In this document: one piece after another, positions 1 to 9,197 of the stretch
Numbering within the stretch: position 1 is the stretch's first letter
Layout: each line of letters starts with the position of its first letter
NCBI GenBank assembly: GCA_021796435.1
Contig: JAJYXM010000016.1
Span: forward strand, 374,625-438,624
DNA length: 64,000 nucleotides
Direction of reading: 5' to 3'
Origin: a bacterium
Lineage (GTDB): Bacteria > Patescibacteriota > Patescibacteriia > 2-12-FULL-60-25
The notes under the pieces: model-generated
Database searches by the model: none
What the model was told of the DNA's origin: nothing
What the model saw: only the letters and a program-made list of their open reading frames with translations
Made by a program: the position numbers and the translations under genes

Positions 1-292
1 TGTAACCTCTCGTAAGGTCCCTAAGGAGGTTGGCTATGCCAAGCGTTGCTCTCAGTCTCAAATCCTCGAACATTCAGCTGGTCCCGCTTCGACTTTCCGT
101 GTTCTTCGGTTCGCCGGAAGGACGGACCGTAGTGCGCATCCTGCTCTTCGCGCTCCTCATCTTCGGCATCGCAATTGGCGCCGAGGACTGCGTCGGCTAG
201 ATCTCCCTCGCCAAGCTCAGCCACCCTCGGTCCGCCAGGATCGAGGGATTACTCTTGGTTACGGGAGCATGGGCTTGGGTTATAGATGGGGG

Positions 293-322
293 TTGACTAA
301 ACAGTTGGCATCAGGCAATATA
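293..322 (+). promoter_or_regulatory. Putative sigma70-type promoter upstream of the tRNA cluster (TTGACT-17-CAATAT)
   Basis: TTGACT at 293-298, 17-nt spacer, CAATAT at 316-321, about 25 nt upstream of the first tRNA-like sequence. Read by eye. Confidence 0.3.
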
Positions 323-345
323 CGCTCACAATTTAAGACCACCAT

Positions 346-416
346 GGGTGCGTGGTGTAGCCCGGTTAACACGCCCCGGTGTCCACCGGGGAGATCGAGG
401 GTCAGTCTCGCATCCA
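346..416 (+). pseudogene. tRNA-Asp-like diverged duplicate (pseudo-tRNA; acceptor, D-arm and variable region conserved, no T-arm)
   Basis: 31 nt at 343-373 are identical to 448-478 (catGGGTGCGTGGTGTAGCCCGGTTAACACG), and AGATCGAGGG is also shared. The anticodon region is replaced by CCCCGGTGTCCACCGGGG (6-bp stem, 6-nt loop). The T-arm is missing: 12 nt where 17 are needed. A 3' strand CGCATCC could still pair with the acceptor 5' strand. Confidence 0.45.
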
Positions 417-450
417 TATAAAAACTAAAGAGAGTCCATAGTCCACGCAT

Positions 451-528
451 GGGTGCGTGGTGTAGCCCGGTTAACACGTCTCCCTGTCACGGAGAAGATC
501 GAGGGTTCGAATCCCTTCGCACCCGCCA
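451..528 (+). tRNA. tRNA-Asp (anticodon GTC), CCA encoded
   Basis: Hand-folded cloverleaf. Acceptor GGGTGCG/CGCACCC. D stem GTGT/ACAC with loop AGCCCGGTTA. Anticodon stem TCTCC/GGAGA with loop CTGTCAC, giving GTC. Variable AGATC. T-arm GAGGG-TTCGAAT-CCCTT. Discriminator G, then CCA. Confidence 0.85.
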
Positions 529-558
529 TCGCGTCAAACGCGATTACCAGAACATAAG

Positions 559-581
559 ACCGACGTTAAACGTCGGTTTTA
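559..581 (+). terminator. Intrinsic terminator after tRNA-Asp
   Basis: ACCGACG-TTAAA-CGTCGGT hairpin followed by TTTT. Confidence 0.6.
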
Positions 582-709
582 TGTATGAGGAAGGATTCGA
601 ACCAGGGAAGGGTGAAACCGTGAGGTTTCGCTTGCTGGGGGTGACCGAGCGCAGCGAGGACGAGAGGGGCGGAAGCCCCTATCGGGAGGAGCAGAGCGAC
701 GACGTGAGC

Positions 710-728
710 AATCCCTTCGCACCCGCCA
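710..728 (+). repeat. 19-nt direct repeat of the tRNA-Asp 3' end (AATCCCTTCGCACCCGCCA), exactly 200 bp downstream of the tRNA copy
   Basis: Identical to 510-528. att-core-like scar. Confidence 0.6.
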
Positions 729-737
729 TAAGAAAGA

Positions 738-761
738 CCTCGCCATCAGGCGGGGTTTTTC
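738..761 (+). terminator. Intrinsic terminator downstream of the 3'-end repeat
   Basis: CCTCGCC-ATCA-GGCGGGG hairpin followed by TTTTT. Confidence 0.55.
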
Positions 762-833
762 GTAATATGACGTATGAACGTGTCGTTTGTGCTAGCGGGA
801 TGTATAATACAGAAATCAATAACAACTAATTAT

Positions 834-1151
834 ATGCATTTGCAGCAATCCAGTGATGCCCAAGCAAAGATGTTTCTTGAGTTGGCGGAAGCTCTGTATG
901 AGGAGTCAGCGGATGAAGAAGGAGTGCCACTTAGGGCTACAATTGATTTCGATGATGCGCAGAGGATAAAGGAGATCCAAGGAGTTTATGTGGATGACCA
1001 ACCGCGGATAATCGGAGCTGATGCCATAGAACGTCTGAACAAGATAGCCGAGCAGATCCAAAAAATGTCGGATGGCCACGACTTGTCTCGTCTCCAGATA
1101 GTTGTACAGAATGGAGAAGCGGATATCGTCCCTACGTATAGAGATCAGTAG
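834..1151 (+). CDS. Hypothetical small acidic protein (about 105 aa)
   Basis: ORF preceded by a TATAAT box at 803-808. No recognisable domain. Start chosen at the internal ATG downstream of the -10 box. Confidence 0.4.
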   Translation: MHLQQSSDAQAKMFLELAEALYEESADEEGVPLRATIDFDDAQRIKEIQGVYVDDQPRIIGADAIERLNKIAEQIQKMSDGHDLSRLQIVVQNGEADIVPTYRDQ

Positions 1152-1167
1152 AGGAAATTTCTTGTCT

Positions 1168-1644
1168 ATGAAAAAAATCATGCTCGTAATCTTGGTGGTC
1201 ATTCTAGTCGGTGGGGTGGGGTTTTTATTTTGGTATAGATTTCGCCCCGATACATCGCCGATAAGGGCAGAAGAGCTCACGCCGGGCACTGCCCAACACC
1301 TCGTCGACGGCATGCTGCATCCTTATGCTTGCGTCGAACCTACGCCACAACTCGTCGCCAGATGCAGGGCAGCAGGCGGTACGGTGCAGTATAACGTGAC
1401 CAGCATCGGTCTGGGCGTCCAAAATACGCTCGGTTGCTATCCGGAAGGCGATACGACCGACGAAGGCAAGAGTTGCACTCTCGGCATACAGTGCCAAGGC
1501 GAGTGCATCTGGATGGCCGGCGATTTGCTCAACGGGAACGAATCCAAGACCTGCAGCAGACACAAGAAGCCGTATTTCATCTATCCGGAAACACGTCTTC
1601 CCAAAGATGCCCAAGGTTTGTGCGCGGATCTGGAACGATCATAA
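1168..1644 (+). CDS. Hypothetical membrane-anchored cysteine-rich secreted protein
   Basis: GAGGAAA RBS 10 nt upstream. N-terminal TM helix (MKKIMLVILVVILVGGVGFLFW), then a domain with about 10 Cys. Confidence 0.5.
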   Translation: MKKIMLVILVVILVGGVGFLFWYRFRPDTSPIRAEELTPGTAQHLVDGMLHPYACVEPTPQLVARCRAAGGTVQYNVTSIGLGVQNTLGCYPEGDTTDEGKSCTLGIQCQGECIWMAGDLLNGNESKTCSRHKKPYFIYPETRLPKDAQGLCADLERS

Positions 1645-1769
1645 GGATCTTAAGGGCTGCAAACATTGCGACGGCATTGATCCAATAAAGACAGGAATTT
1701 AAGAGTGTTAATGACATGAAAACAAGATCACCCCGCGGACGAGATCGTCGGCGGGGTGGAGGGGTCGGG

Positions 1770-2336
1770 TCATGGCAAGAGGAGCGCGGCGCGCATGATG
1801 TCGCTTACCTGGTGATCGGCGCTGGTTTCGACGGACAACGTGTCTGTCACGAGGACCGTACGTACGCCAGCGGCTCTGCCGGCCCGGATGTCGGATTCCA
1901 TGTCGCCGATCATGAATGAGCAGCTCATGTCGATGCCGTGTTTTTTTTGCGCGGCAAGGAGCATCCCGGGGGCGGGCTTTCGGCACGCGCAGTCGCCATC
2001 GGGTCGATGCGTGCAGACGTATACGTCATCCAGGGGTAATTCACCTACCCGTGCCATCATCCGGGCGAACTCTGACGAATCGATGTGCCCGGTCGCGACG
2101 TCGGGTTGATTCGTCACAAGGATACGCAGATAGCCTTTTCGGCCTATGATCTCGAGAGCTTCCCTGACGCCGGGCTTGAAGTTGAGCTCAAGAAGGTTGA
2201 AGGGTGCGGTCCAGCGGATCGGCACGCCGTTGGGGCGGAATCCATCACCTCTATCGACGAGGTGGTTCAGTACACCGTCCCGGTCGATGAAAGCAGCTTT
2301 GATTACGTGTTTGGGAAGATCCACGGTCACCTCCAA
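1770..2336 (-). CDS. gmhB: D-glycero-D-manno-heptose-1,7-bisphosphate phosphatase (HAD-IIIA, GmhB-like)
   Basis: FIDRDGVLN HAD motif I. C-x-H-x6-C-x-C zinc motif (CTHRPDGDCAC). IGDMESD motif. Confidence 0.7.
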   Translation of the reverse strand: MEVTVDLPKHVIKAAFIDRDGVLNHLVDRGDGFRPNGVPIRWTAPFNLLELNFKPGVREALEIIGRKGYLRILVTNQPDVATGHIDSSEFARMMARVGELPLDDVYVCTHRPDGDCACRKPAPGMLLAAQKKHGIDMSCSFMIGDMESDIRAGRAAGVRTVLVTDTLSVETSADHQVSDIMRAALLLP

Positions 2337-2757
2337 TGAGGCTGAAACTAACAGGAAGAGATTGATTCGTCAATCGTCTTTTGGTTTATGTTATACTTTT
2401 TCTGCGCCAATCCACGAAGGGCAAACGAGCCAAATCCCCCTTGGCCGGCAGGAATCTCGCTGGACCCGAGAAGGAGACTGCCAAAAATTTCAGAAACAAA
2501 AGAGGCTCGAGTTGGAATGGCGAATCATTTTTGGGCAAAGAAGATGGCCCTACCCACCCACCGTCGCTGGTTTCTACGGCCAGTGGCTCATTGTCCTGCG
2601 GGTGCTTTATGCACGTCCGCCGTCTAACTTCCCCCCTTTCCTAGATCCGCTCGCAATGGGCGGATTCTCGTATCTTGGAGAAGTATCCGCTTCATTATTT
2701 TTTCAGATTGCATCAATTGTGCGGTTCTAGGCTTTGTGTTCTAATGTCCATAAGCAT

Positions 2758-3414
2758 ATGGGCAACAAATTCGAATTTAAAGGCGATTCATCGTACTTAG
2801 GCCACATGGAAAGCGGCATGTTCCATCCGCAGAGTAACGAACCTGCCTTGGGCGAAACTCCGGGTACATTGCGTTGTGCGATGGCGAACGCCATCCTTTT
2901 TGCTCGTAACCAGAATAAAGCCATAAAATGCGAATTGAACGGTGCCGTCGTCCAAGTGAAACCGGATGATACGGTCGAACTGGTGGCTCAAAAACAACGC
3001 GATGCGGTTGGATCACCCGGATATCTTGCAGCTCAAGAAAGACGAACGCAGATGTTCAATTCTAGGATAGACCAAGAATTATCGGATCTCCGGGAAGAAT
3101 TGGAGAGCCTGGACTTCGCCGACGAAGGTGCGATCATGGATTGGATGATGGATTATCTGGCGACGGTCGAAGTGAGCGGCAAGCGGGATATCGGCGGAAA
3201 GGAGATCCGGGGACTCTTCGGCAAGAACGGGTATGAATCCGACGGCGTGCTCGAGGAAAACGTAATACCGGCGGCTAAGCCACGCGCCATCATCGGTCAA
3301 TTCTTGGCTTTCCTGGATCAGGGCAAGAAACCTTCCAGGGTGTTGACTGTCGCTATCGCCCAGTGGAAAAGGGAGAGTAAAGGATCGAGTCGCTTCGCTT
3401 CAGGCCTGAATTGA
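2758..3414 (+). CDS. Hypothetical protein
   Basis: Long ORF with no recognisable motif. The start is uncertain (ORF opens at 2734). Confidence 0.4.
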   Translation: MGNKFEFKGDSSYLGHMESGMFHPQSNEPALGETPGTLRCAMANAILFARNQNKAIKCELNGAVVQVKPDDTVELVAQKQRDAVGSPGYLAAQERRTQMFNSRIDQELSDLREELESLDFADEGAIMDWMMDYLATVEVSGKRDIGGKEIRGLFGKNGYESDGVLEENVIPAAKPRAIIGQFLAFLDQGKKPSRVLTVAIAQWKRESKGSSRFASGLN

Positions 3415-3527
3415 GGATTAGACGGTACGACATCAGCTTCGGGTAAGACGGGAGAAACAGGGGCTACACTGGAGTCGAGTTGTGTCTCGACAAGATATGT
3501 ATTAAAGTCTGGAAAAGAAGCAAACAT

Positions 3528-4664
3528 ATGTCTACGACATATAAAAAGCGGGTCAGCCAAATCCTCGAGGGTACGGGCATAACGCTGAACGGCTCGGAGC
3601 CATGGGACATCCATGTATCTGATGAGCGGTTTTATCCTCGTGTCTTGTCGGACGGGTCGATCGGACTCGGCGAGTCATATATGGACGGCTGGTGGGAGTG
3701 CGATCGGATCGATGAAGCGGTTTCCCGTCTTCTCCGATACGACATACCTTCAAGGCTGAAGATAAATCCTGCCTTGGTATGGAGCGTAGTCAGCGCCAAG
3801 CTCACGAACAGACAGAGCGAAAAACGCGCTTTCCACATCGGCCAAGTACATTACGATATAGGCAATGACCTGTATCAAACCATGCTCGATAAGCGGATGA
3901 CGTACACCTGCGGTTATTGGAAATCGGCGGAAGAACCGAATCGGGCGATTACCCTGGATGAGGCGCAGGAAGCCAAACTAGATCTGGTATGCCGTAAGAT
4001 TGGGTTGAAGGCGGGTCAGCGGGTGCTTGATATCGGTTGCGGCTGGGGGAGCTTCGCGAAGTTCGCCGCGGAAAGATACGGGGCAGAGGTCGTAGGCGTC
4101 ACCGTCTCAAAGGAACAACAGAAGCTCGGAAAGGAATTGTGCAGCGGGTTGCCGGTAGAGATTCGTCTGCAGGACTATCGCGATGTCAATGAATCCTTCG
4201 ACCACGTCGTGTCTTTGGGCATGATCGAACACGTGGGCTGCAAGAACTACCGAACGATGTATCAGGTCGTCGACAGGTGCATGAAGGATGACGGTCTTTT
4301 CCTGCTGCATACGATCGGAGGGAACAAGTCAGCCCATACGACCGATCCTTGGATAGAGAAATACATCTTCCCCAACAGCATGCTGCCGTCAGTCAAGCAG
4401 TTGGCGGCTGCGGCGGAACGGATTTTCGTGATGGAGGATTGGCATAACTTCGGTACCGATTATGACAGGACGTTGATGGAATGGGACCGTAATTTCGAAA
4501 CGCATTGGGATTCGCTGAAAGACAGATATGACGAGCGCTTCCGCCGCATGTGGCGTTATTATCTGCTGGCTTGCGCCGGTTCGTTCCGTTCACGCGAAAA
4601 TCAGTTGTGGCAAATCGTGTATTCCAAAAAAGGCGTGCTCGGCGGATACGTGGCTGTCCGCTGA
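3528..4664 (+). CDS. cfa: Cyclopropane-fatty-acyl-phospholipid synthase (class I SAM methyltransferase)
   Basis: VLDIGCGWG SAM motif I. Cfa-family sequence throughout (NDLYQTMLD..., LHTIGGNKSAHTTDPWIEKYIFPNSMLPS). Confidence 0.8.
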   Translation: MSTTYKKRVSQILEGTGITLNGSEPWDIHVSDERFYPRVLSDGSIGLGESYMDGWWECDRIDEAVSRLLRYDIPSRLKINPALVWSVVSAKLTNRQSEKRAFHIGQVHYDIGNDLYQTMLDKRMTYTCGYWKSAEEPNRAITLDEAQEAKLDLVCRKIGLKAGQRVLDIGCGWGSFAKFAAERYGAEVVGVTVSKEQQKLGKELCSGLPVEIRLQDYRDVNESFDHVVSLGMIEHVGCKNYRTMYQVVDRCMKDDGLFLLHTIGGNKSAHTTDPWIEKYIFPNSMLPSVKQLAAAAERIFVMEDWHNFGTDYDRTLMEWDRNFETHWDSLKDRYDERFRRMWRYYLLACAGSFRSRENQLWQIVYSKKGVLGGYVAVR

Positions 4665-4695
4665 GATCGAACTAATTTTCTAAACTGATAAGAAC

Positions 4696-5475
4696 ATGGA
4701 TAGTCTTCATGCATATGGTCAACCGCCCTATACAGTAGCCGTGATCCACGGAGGGCCAGGAGCTAATGGTGAGATGGCTCCGGTGGCTGAAGAACTTTCA
4801 TTGGATTTTGGCGTTCTTGAACCATTGCAGACCGCGTCATCGATCGATGGGCTTGTCGAAGAGCTGAAGAAGACCGTCGAGACGAAGGCTGTGGCGCCGG
4901 CGGTGCTGATCGGACATTCTTGGGGTGCTTGGTTGGTGTGTATTTTCGCGGCGCGTCATCCAGCGCTTGTGAGGAAGCTCATCCTTGTAAGCAGTGCGCC
5001 ATTCGAAGCCGGCGGTGATGTTTCGATCGACGAAACGCGTCTGAGCCGTTTGGTCGCCGATGAAAAGGCGGAACTGGAGACGCTTTGGAATAATATGGGG
5101 GAGCCAAATGGTGACAGCCCGGAAAAGGTAAAAAAATTTTTGGATCTCCTGACGAAGGCAGACTCGTATGATCCGATGCCGAGCGACGCGATCATCGATT
5201 TCCGTTTCGATATTTTTAATAAAGTTTGGCCGGAAGCCGCGGCTTTGCGGCAGAGCGGAGAACTGTTGGAGATAGTGAAGACGATCAAGTGTCCGGTGGT
5301 CGCGATCCATGGCGATCATGATCCACACCCTGCCGAAGGAGTGAGTAAGCCGCTGTCTAAGTCAATTAAAGATTTTAGGTTCGTATTGTTGAAGCACTGT
5401 GGGCACAGGCCGTGGATAGAAAGGGAGGCAAGAGATGAGTTTTATCGCTTGCTGAAAAATGAGTTGGAGACCTAA
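4696..5475 (+). CDS. Alpha/beta-hydrolase fold protein
   Basis: GHSWG nucleophile elbow. Conserved His near the C-terminus (HCGH). Confidence 0.55.
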   Translation: MDSLHAYGQPPYTVAVIHGGPGANGEMAPVAEELSLDFGVLEPLQTASSIDGLVEELKKTVETKAVAPAVLIGHSWGAWLVCIFAARHPALVRKLILVSSAPFEAGGDVSIDETRLSRLVADEKAELETLWNNMGEPNGDSPEKVKKFLDLLTKADSYDPMPSDAIIDFRFDIFNKVWPEAAALRQSGELLEIVKTIKCPVVAIHGDHDPHPAEGVSKPLSKSIKDFRFVLLKHCGHRPWIEREARDEFYRLLKNELET

Positions 5476-5524
5476 AGATCTTAAACTCAAGCTTGTAAAA
5501 AGAAACTCCCTGGTCAGGGGAGTC

Positions 5525-6343
5525 TCAGATCATCTCGACTGCCGCATCGGCAGGGGGTTCGTATTTCATCTCGCAGAAGTTATCCATGATCAACTCTTCA
5601 CCCAGCGGCTGACCGGTTTTGGTGTCGCGGCGTTCGCGGAATATCCTGTTCGCCCGGAAATTCTTGCCGTCTATCTTGCGGCGTAGGTAGCGGTGGTCGC
5701 GTTCGTTGATGTGATAGCGTTCGGGGATGTCTTTTTCGGAGCGTATCTCTCCTTTAAGATGTTGATCCGTGACCCAAACGGAGATCTGGAATGTCTGGTC
5801 GGTCGGATTGTAGCACTGCAAGTCTACGTAATTATAGAAGAGGGTAGCGCCGGTGCCGAACGGTACGGTGCGGCCGGAGTCGGGGAAGGCATCGAAGCCG
5901 TGATGGAAACGCTCGGTAACGATGAGCGGCGTATGCAAAAACATCCAGTGCAACAAGTTGGCCATCTGGCATAACCCACCGCCGATGCCCGAAGTCACTT
6001 CGCCATTGGCCAAAAGCAGACCTTCGACATAGCCTTTATTTTTGGTAGGGCGTCCGACCAGTTTCCAGAGCGAAAATGTTTCGTGGGGCCGGATAGTGAC
6101 AGAATTGATATGGCGAGACGCTAGCCTTAGGTTTGTGATTTTGTTGCGTTGGAGGCGTAGGTCGGTCGAGCCGAGTTTGCGGATCAAGAGCGACTGGTGA
6201 CGGAAGATAGTGACGGGCAATAGGTCTGAAACGCGGCGATGAGCGTATCTTTTGGAATCCAAATGCCAAGCCAAACGTCGCTTGGCTTGGAGACCAAGTG
6301 AACAGGCTGGTGCAATTTTGGGGAATCGTTTGGCTAAGCTCAT
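5525..6343 (-). CDS. VanW-family protein
   Basis: GGGLCQ motif and overall VanW-like sequence. Confidence 0.6.
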   Translation of the reverse strand: MSLAKRFPKIAPACSLGLQAKRRLAWHLDSKRYAHRRVSDLLPVTIFRHQSLLIRKLGSTDLRLQRNKITNLRLASRHINSVTIRPHETFSLWKLVGRPTKNKGYVEGLLLANGEVTSGIGGGLCQMANLLHWMFLHTPLIVTERFHHGFDAFPDSGRTVPFGTGATLFYNYVDLQCYNPTDQTFQISVWVTDQHLKGEIRSEKDIPERYHINERDHRYLRRKIDGKNFRANRIFRERRDTKTGQPLGEELIMDNFCEMKYEPPADAAVEMI

Positions 6344-6496
6344 AAAAATAATGCGCTAATTTAGCACTATTTTGTTGTTTTGTCAACCGAATATATCTCG
6401 GTTCTTGGTTATATAACGGGTAAGTAGCGCATTCTTGACAAAAAGGCGTGTTTTTCCTATTGTTTGATTATCAATAAACGTTGATTATGTATCAAT

Positions 6497-8320
6497 ATGT
6501 TAGATAAGCTTTTTGGATCCAAGACACGAGTCGTCATCTTGTCTTTATTCTTCTCTGACCCCGGACAAGAGCTGTATATCCAAGAAGTCATCAAACGTAC
6601 GGGTTTGGATCCAGCCAGCGTCCATCGCGAGCTGACTAAATTGAAGGAGCTCGAGATTCTGGCGTCACGAGATAACGGGAACCAGAAGAATTTTTACCTC
6701 AACAGCAAGAGTCCGTATCTTGATGGACTGAAGAATCTGCTCAAGACCTATGAAGCCGAGTCCCATAAGGACGCTTTTTTCCTGTTCGAGGAATTCTTCG
6801 GTTACGGCCCACAGATCGCGGCGGATTTCATGAATGTCGCGGTCTCGAACGCTTTGTTCGAAAAGCTTGGGCTGAAGAGCAGGCTGACCAAGACGATCAC
6901 GATCTACGAAGATGAGTATTGGAAAGCCCATTTCATCAAGCAGGAATTCGATGATGTTTCGCGGGAGATCGTCGATCTGATGATCCAGCGTCCGGAATTC
7001 TTCGTGGATTTCAACCGCGAGTTGATGGCTTGCTCGAATGAGTTGATGGATTTTTCGAATAGCGTCCTGGCCACCAACCTTTCGGGAATGACCGATATCC
7101 GATTGGGTGAATTGTATGAGAAGGCATTTTCCCTGTATGAGAAGGCGCATATGATGGGTTGGCCGCAGAACGCAGCTGATTTCGGACAGGGCATGCTGAG
7201 CAAGTATTTGAGGCAATATCTCTCGGACAGGCTGGGGCTTGGGCGGCAAGGCGAGTTGAATGACCTGTTCATAGCCCTGACTACTCCTGAGGAAGAAAGC
7301 TATGCCCAGAAGGAATGGCGCGAGTTGGTGAAGATATATGACCGCATCAGTTCCGATCCAGTCGCCCGGCAACTCTTCGCAGGTTCAGATCTGCATCTGA
7401 TAACGGAAGAATTGCCGCAAAAGAACGAGGCTATCCATGCATCGATAAGGAAGCATGCCAAGGAATTCGGTTTTTTGGGTTATGGGGCGACTGGACCTGC
7501 CTGGAACGAAGATTATTTCATCGATATCCTGGCGAGTTTCGCCCGACAAGGGAAACGAGCGGATGCCTTGTCTGAAGAAGCGGGTCAGAACAGGAAAGCG
7601 TCGCAGAAGACCCTGGCTGATTGGGAGCTTGCGGCGGGATTGGATGAAAAGCATAAAGCGATCTTCAACATAGCCCGAAGCTTCGTGTTCACGAAAGGTT
7701 TCCGTAAAGATGTGATGTTCCATCATTGGTGGGTAATGGAGAACGTATTGCGGGAAATAGGAAGACGGAAGTATCTCTCGCTCAAGCAGGTCAGGTTCAT
7801 GCATCCGCGTGAGATCTCCGCCCTGATGAAAGGCCTGAAAGTGGACACGAGCGATTTGAGCCAAAGGCCGAAGTTCAGCGTATTCTTTTCCGATGGTACC
7901 TATGATTCCGATGTCATCTTGATCGGCGAGAAGGCAAAGGATTTCCTTTCCCGTTTCGAGTTCGTGACGGATGCGCAAGTCGCAGTGAACGAGCTGCATG
8001 GCGAATGCGCGTCACCGGGCAAGGTGAGGGGTTTGTGCAAGATCGTGAATAGCGTGGCTGATATGGCGAAGATGGAGAAAGGCGACATACTCATCTCCTT
8101 GGCGACCAGTCCTGAATTGGTGCCGGCCATCAAGCAGGCGGCGGCGATCGTGACGAATGCCGGCGGCATCACTTGCCATGCGGCGATCATCTCGCGCGAG
8201 CTGGCCATCCCGTGCGTCATCGGGACGAAGAACGCGACCAAGGTCTTGAGGGACGGCGATCTGGTGGATGTGGACGCGGGTCATGGCAAGGTCAGCATCC
8301 TCGAGAGGTCGGCGACATGA
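6497..8320 (+). CDS. Winged-HTH fused to a C-terminal PEP-utilising enzyme mobile (phospho-His swivel) domain
   Basis: The N-terminus LFGSKTRVVILSLF...YIQEV is paralogous to the protein at 53126. The C-terminus GGITCHAAIISRELAIPCVIGT is a PEP-utilisers mobile-domain signature. The central ~400 aa are unassigned. Confidence 0.6.
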   Translation: MLDKLFGSKTRVVILSLFFSDPGQELYIQEVIKRTGLDPASVHRELTKLKELEILASRDNGNQKNFYLNSKSPYLDGLKNLLKTYEAESHKDAFFLFEEFFGYGPQIAADFMNVAVSNALFEKLGLKSRLTKTITIYEDEYWKAHFIKQEFDDVSREIVDLMIQRPEFFVDFNRELMACSNELMDFSNSVLATNLSGMTDIRLGELYEKAFSLYEKAHMMGWPQNAADFGQGMLSKYLRQYLSDRLGLGRQGELNDLFIALTTPEEESYAQKEWRELVKIYDRISSDPVARQLFAGSDLHLITEELPQKNEAIHASIRKHAKEFGFLGYGATGPAWNEDYFIDILASFARQGKRADALSEEAGQNRKASQKTLADWELAAGLDEKHKAIFNIARSFVFTKGFRKDVMFHHWWVMENVLREIGRRKYLSLKQVRFMHPREISALMKGLKVDTSDLSQRPKFSVFFSDGTYDSDVILIGEKAKDFLSRFEFVTDAQVAVNELHGECASPGKVRGLCKIVNSVADMAKMEKGDILISLATSPELVPAIKQAAAIVTNAGGITCHAAIISRELAIPCVIGTKNATKVLRDGDLVDVDAGHGKVSILERSAT

Positions 8321-8355
8321 TTTTCAGGTAACGAAAAAATGGATATACTAATCGT

Positions 8356-9156
8356 GTGCGACTTTTGATTCCCTTAGTTTTCCTTTTGGAGGCCGTATTA
8401 TTGGCCATGGTCTTGTCGACCAACAATCCGAACCTAGACCAGAAGGATCATGCCGGTGGAGCGGCTACGTCAGTCGTCTCTGCCGTCGGACAGACGCAGA
8501 TCGAGGAAGCGATGCCGGTTCCCGTCGAGAAAACCAAAGAGACGGAAACGCCAAGCGTCCAAACCGTTCCGCAAAAGTTGGTTCTTCCTGTACCTTTCGT
8601 GACCGAAGCTCCTGAAGGCAGCTGGAAAAGCCCTTGGATCAACGCTTGCGAAGAAGCGAGCATGGTCATGGTGGACGGTTTCTATTCAGGTAAGGAATCT
8701 GTCGAACCGGCTGATGCGGCCAAGAAGATGCGTGAGTTGTTCGTCTATCAGAACGATATCTGGGGTTCGAACGCGAATTCCGACGCGGATCGGACGCTAA
8801 AGATAATCGAGGACAATTTCACAACATATGGCGCCCGAGCTGTGATTAATCCGACGATCGACGGAATCAAAGCGGAACTTCGCGCTAGACATCCCGTCAT
8901 TTCGCTGCATTACGGGAAGGATCTGCAGAACAAGAATATCCCGTTCGCCACGTACGGTTCGTATTACCATATGTTGGTCATCATCGGATATGACGATGAG
9001 ACGCAGGAATTCATCACCAATGATGACGGCGACATGAAGACCGGCGCAGGACATCGTTATGGTTACGATCTCCTCATGCATAGCCTGCATGATTATGACT
9101 TTGCGACCAAGAAAACCGACAAACCGGCGACGGTGCTCTTCACTTTCCCGAAATAA
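8356..9156 (+). CDS. Secreted papain-like peptidase, C39-like family
   Basis: GTG start with a signal-peptide-like N-terminus. WINACEEASMVM (catalytic Cys) and YHMLVIIGYDD (His) motifs. Confidence 0.5.
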   Translation: MRLLIPLVFLLEAVLLAMVLSTNNPNLDQKDHAGGAATSVVSAVGQTQIEEAMPVPVEKTKETETPSVQTVPQKLVLPVPFVTEAPEGSWKSPWINACEEASMVMVDGFYSGKESVEPADAAKKMRELFVYQNDIWGSNANSDADRTLKIIEDNFTTYGARAVINPTIDGIKAELRARHPVISLHYGKDLQNKNIPFATYGSYYHMLVIIGYDDETQEFITNDDGDMKTGAGHRYGYDLLMHSLHDYDFATKKTDKPATVLFTFPK

Positions 9157-9197
9157 AAAGAATACGAAAGTATCGATGTGGTATAATATCCCAAAAT

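Noticed and set aside
1-135. Strong AAGGAGG at 21-27 with an ATG at 36 opening only a 32-codon ORF. I also considered resemblance to a 16S rRNA 3' end.
   Set aside because: The ORF is too short to support a gene without homology. The sequence does not match the conserved 16S 3' terminus (GATCACCTCCTTA). Left unannotated.
343-728. A CRISPR array suggested by the repeated tRNA fragments.
   Set aside because: The repeats are tRNA-derived, of unequal length, only two per type, and the spacers are not regular. Elsewhere in the window no run of three or more evenly spaced direct repeats exists.
580-730. Possible tmRNA, or a minus-strand tRNA (GGATTCGAACC is the reverse complement of a T-arm motif).
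   Set aside because: No tRNA-like acceptor or T-arm pairing can be formed on either strand. No tag-peptide reading frame ending in ...AA-stop. Interpreted as att-scar sequence between two terminators.
280-829. ORFs 280..477 (-) and 449..829 (+) from the six-frame track.
   Set aside because: They run through the tRNA and pseudo-tRNA sequences and their terminators. Spurious.
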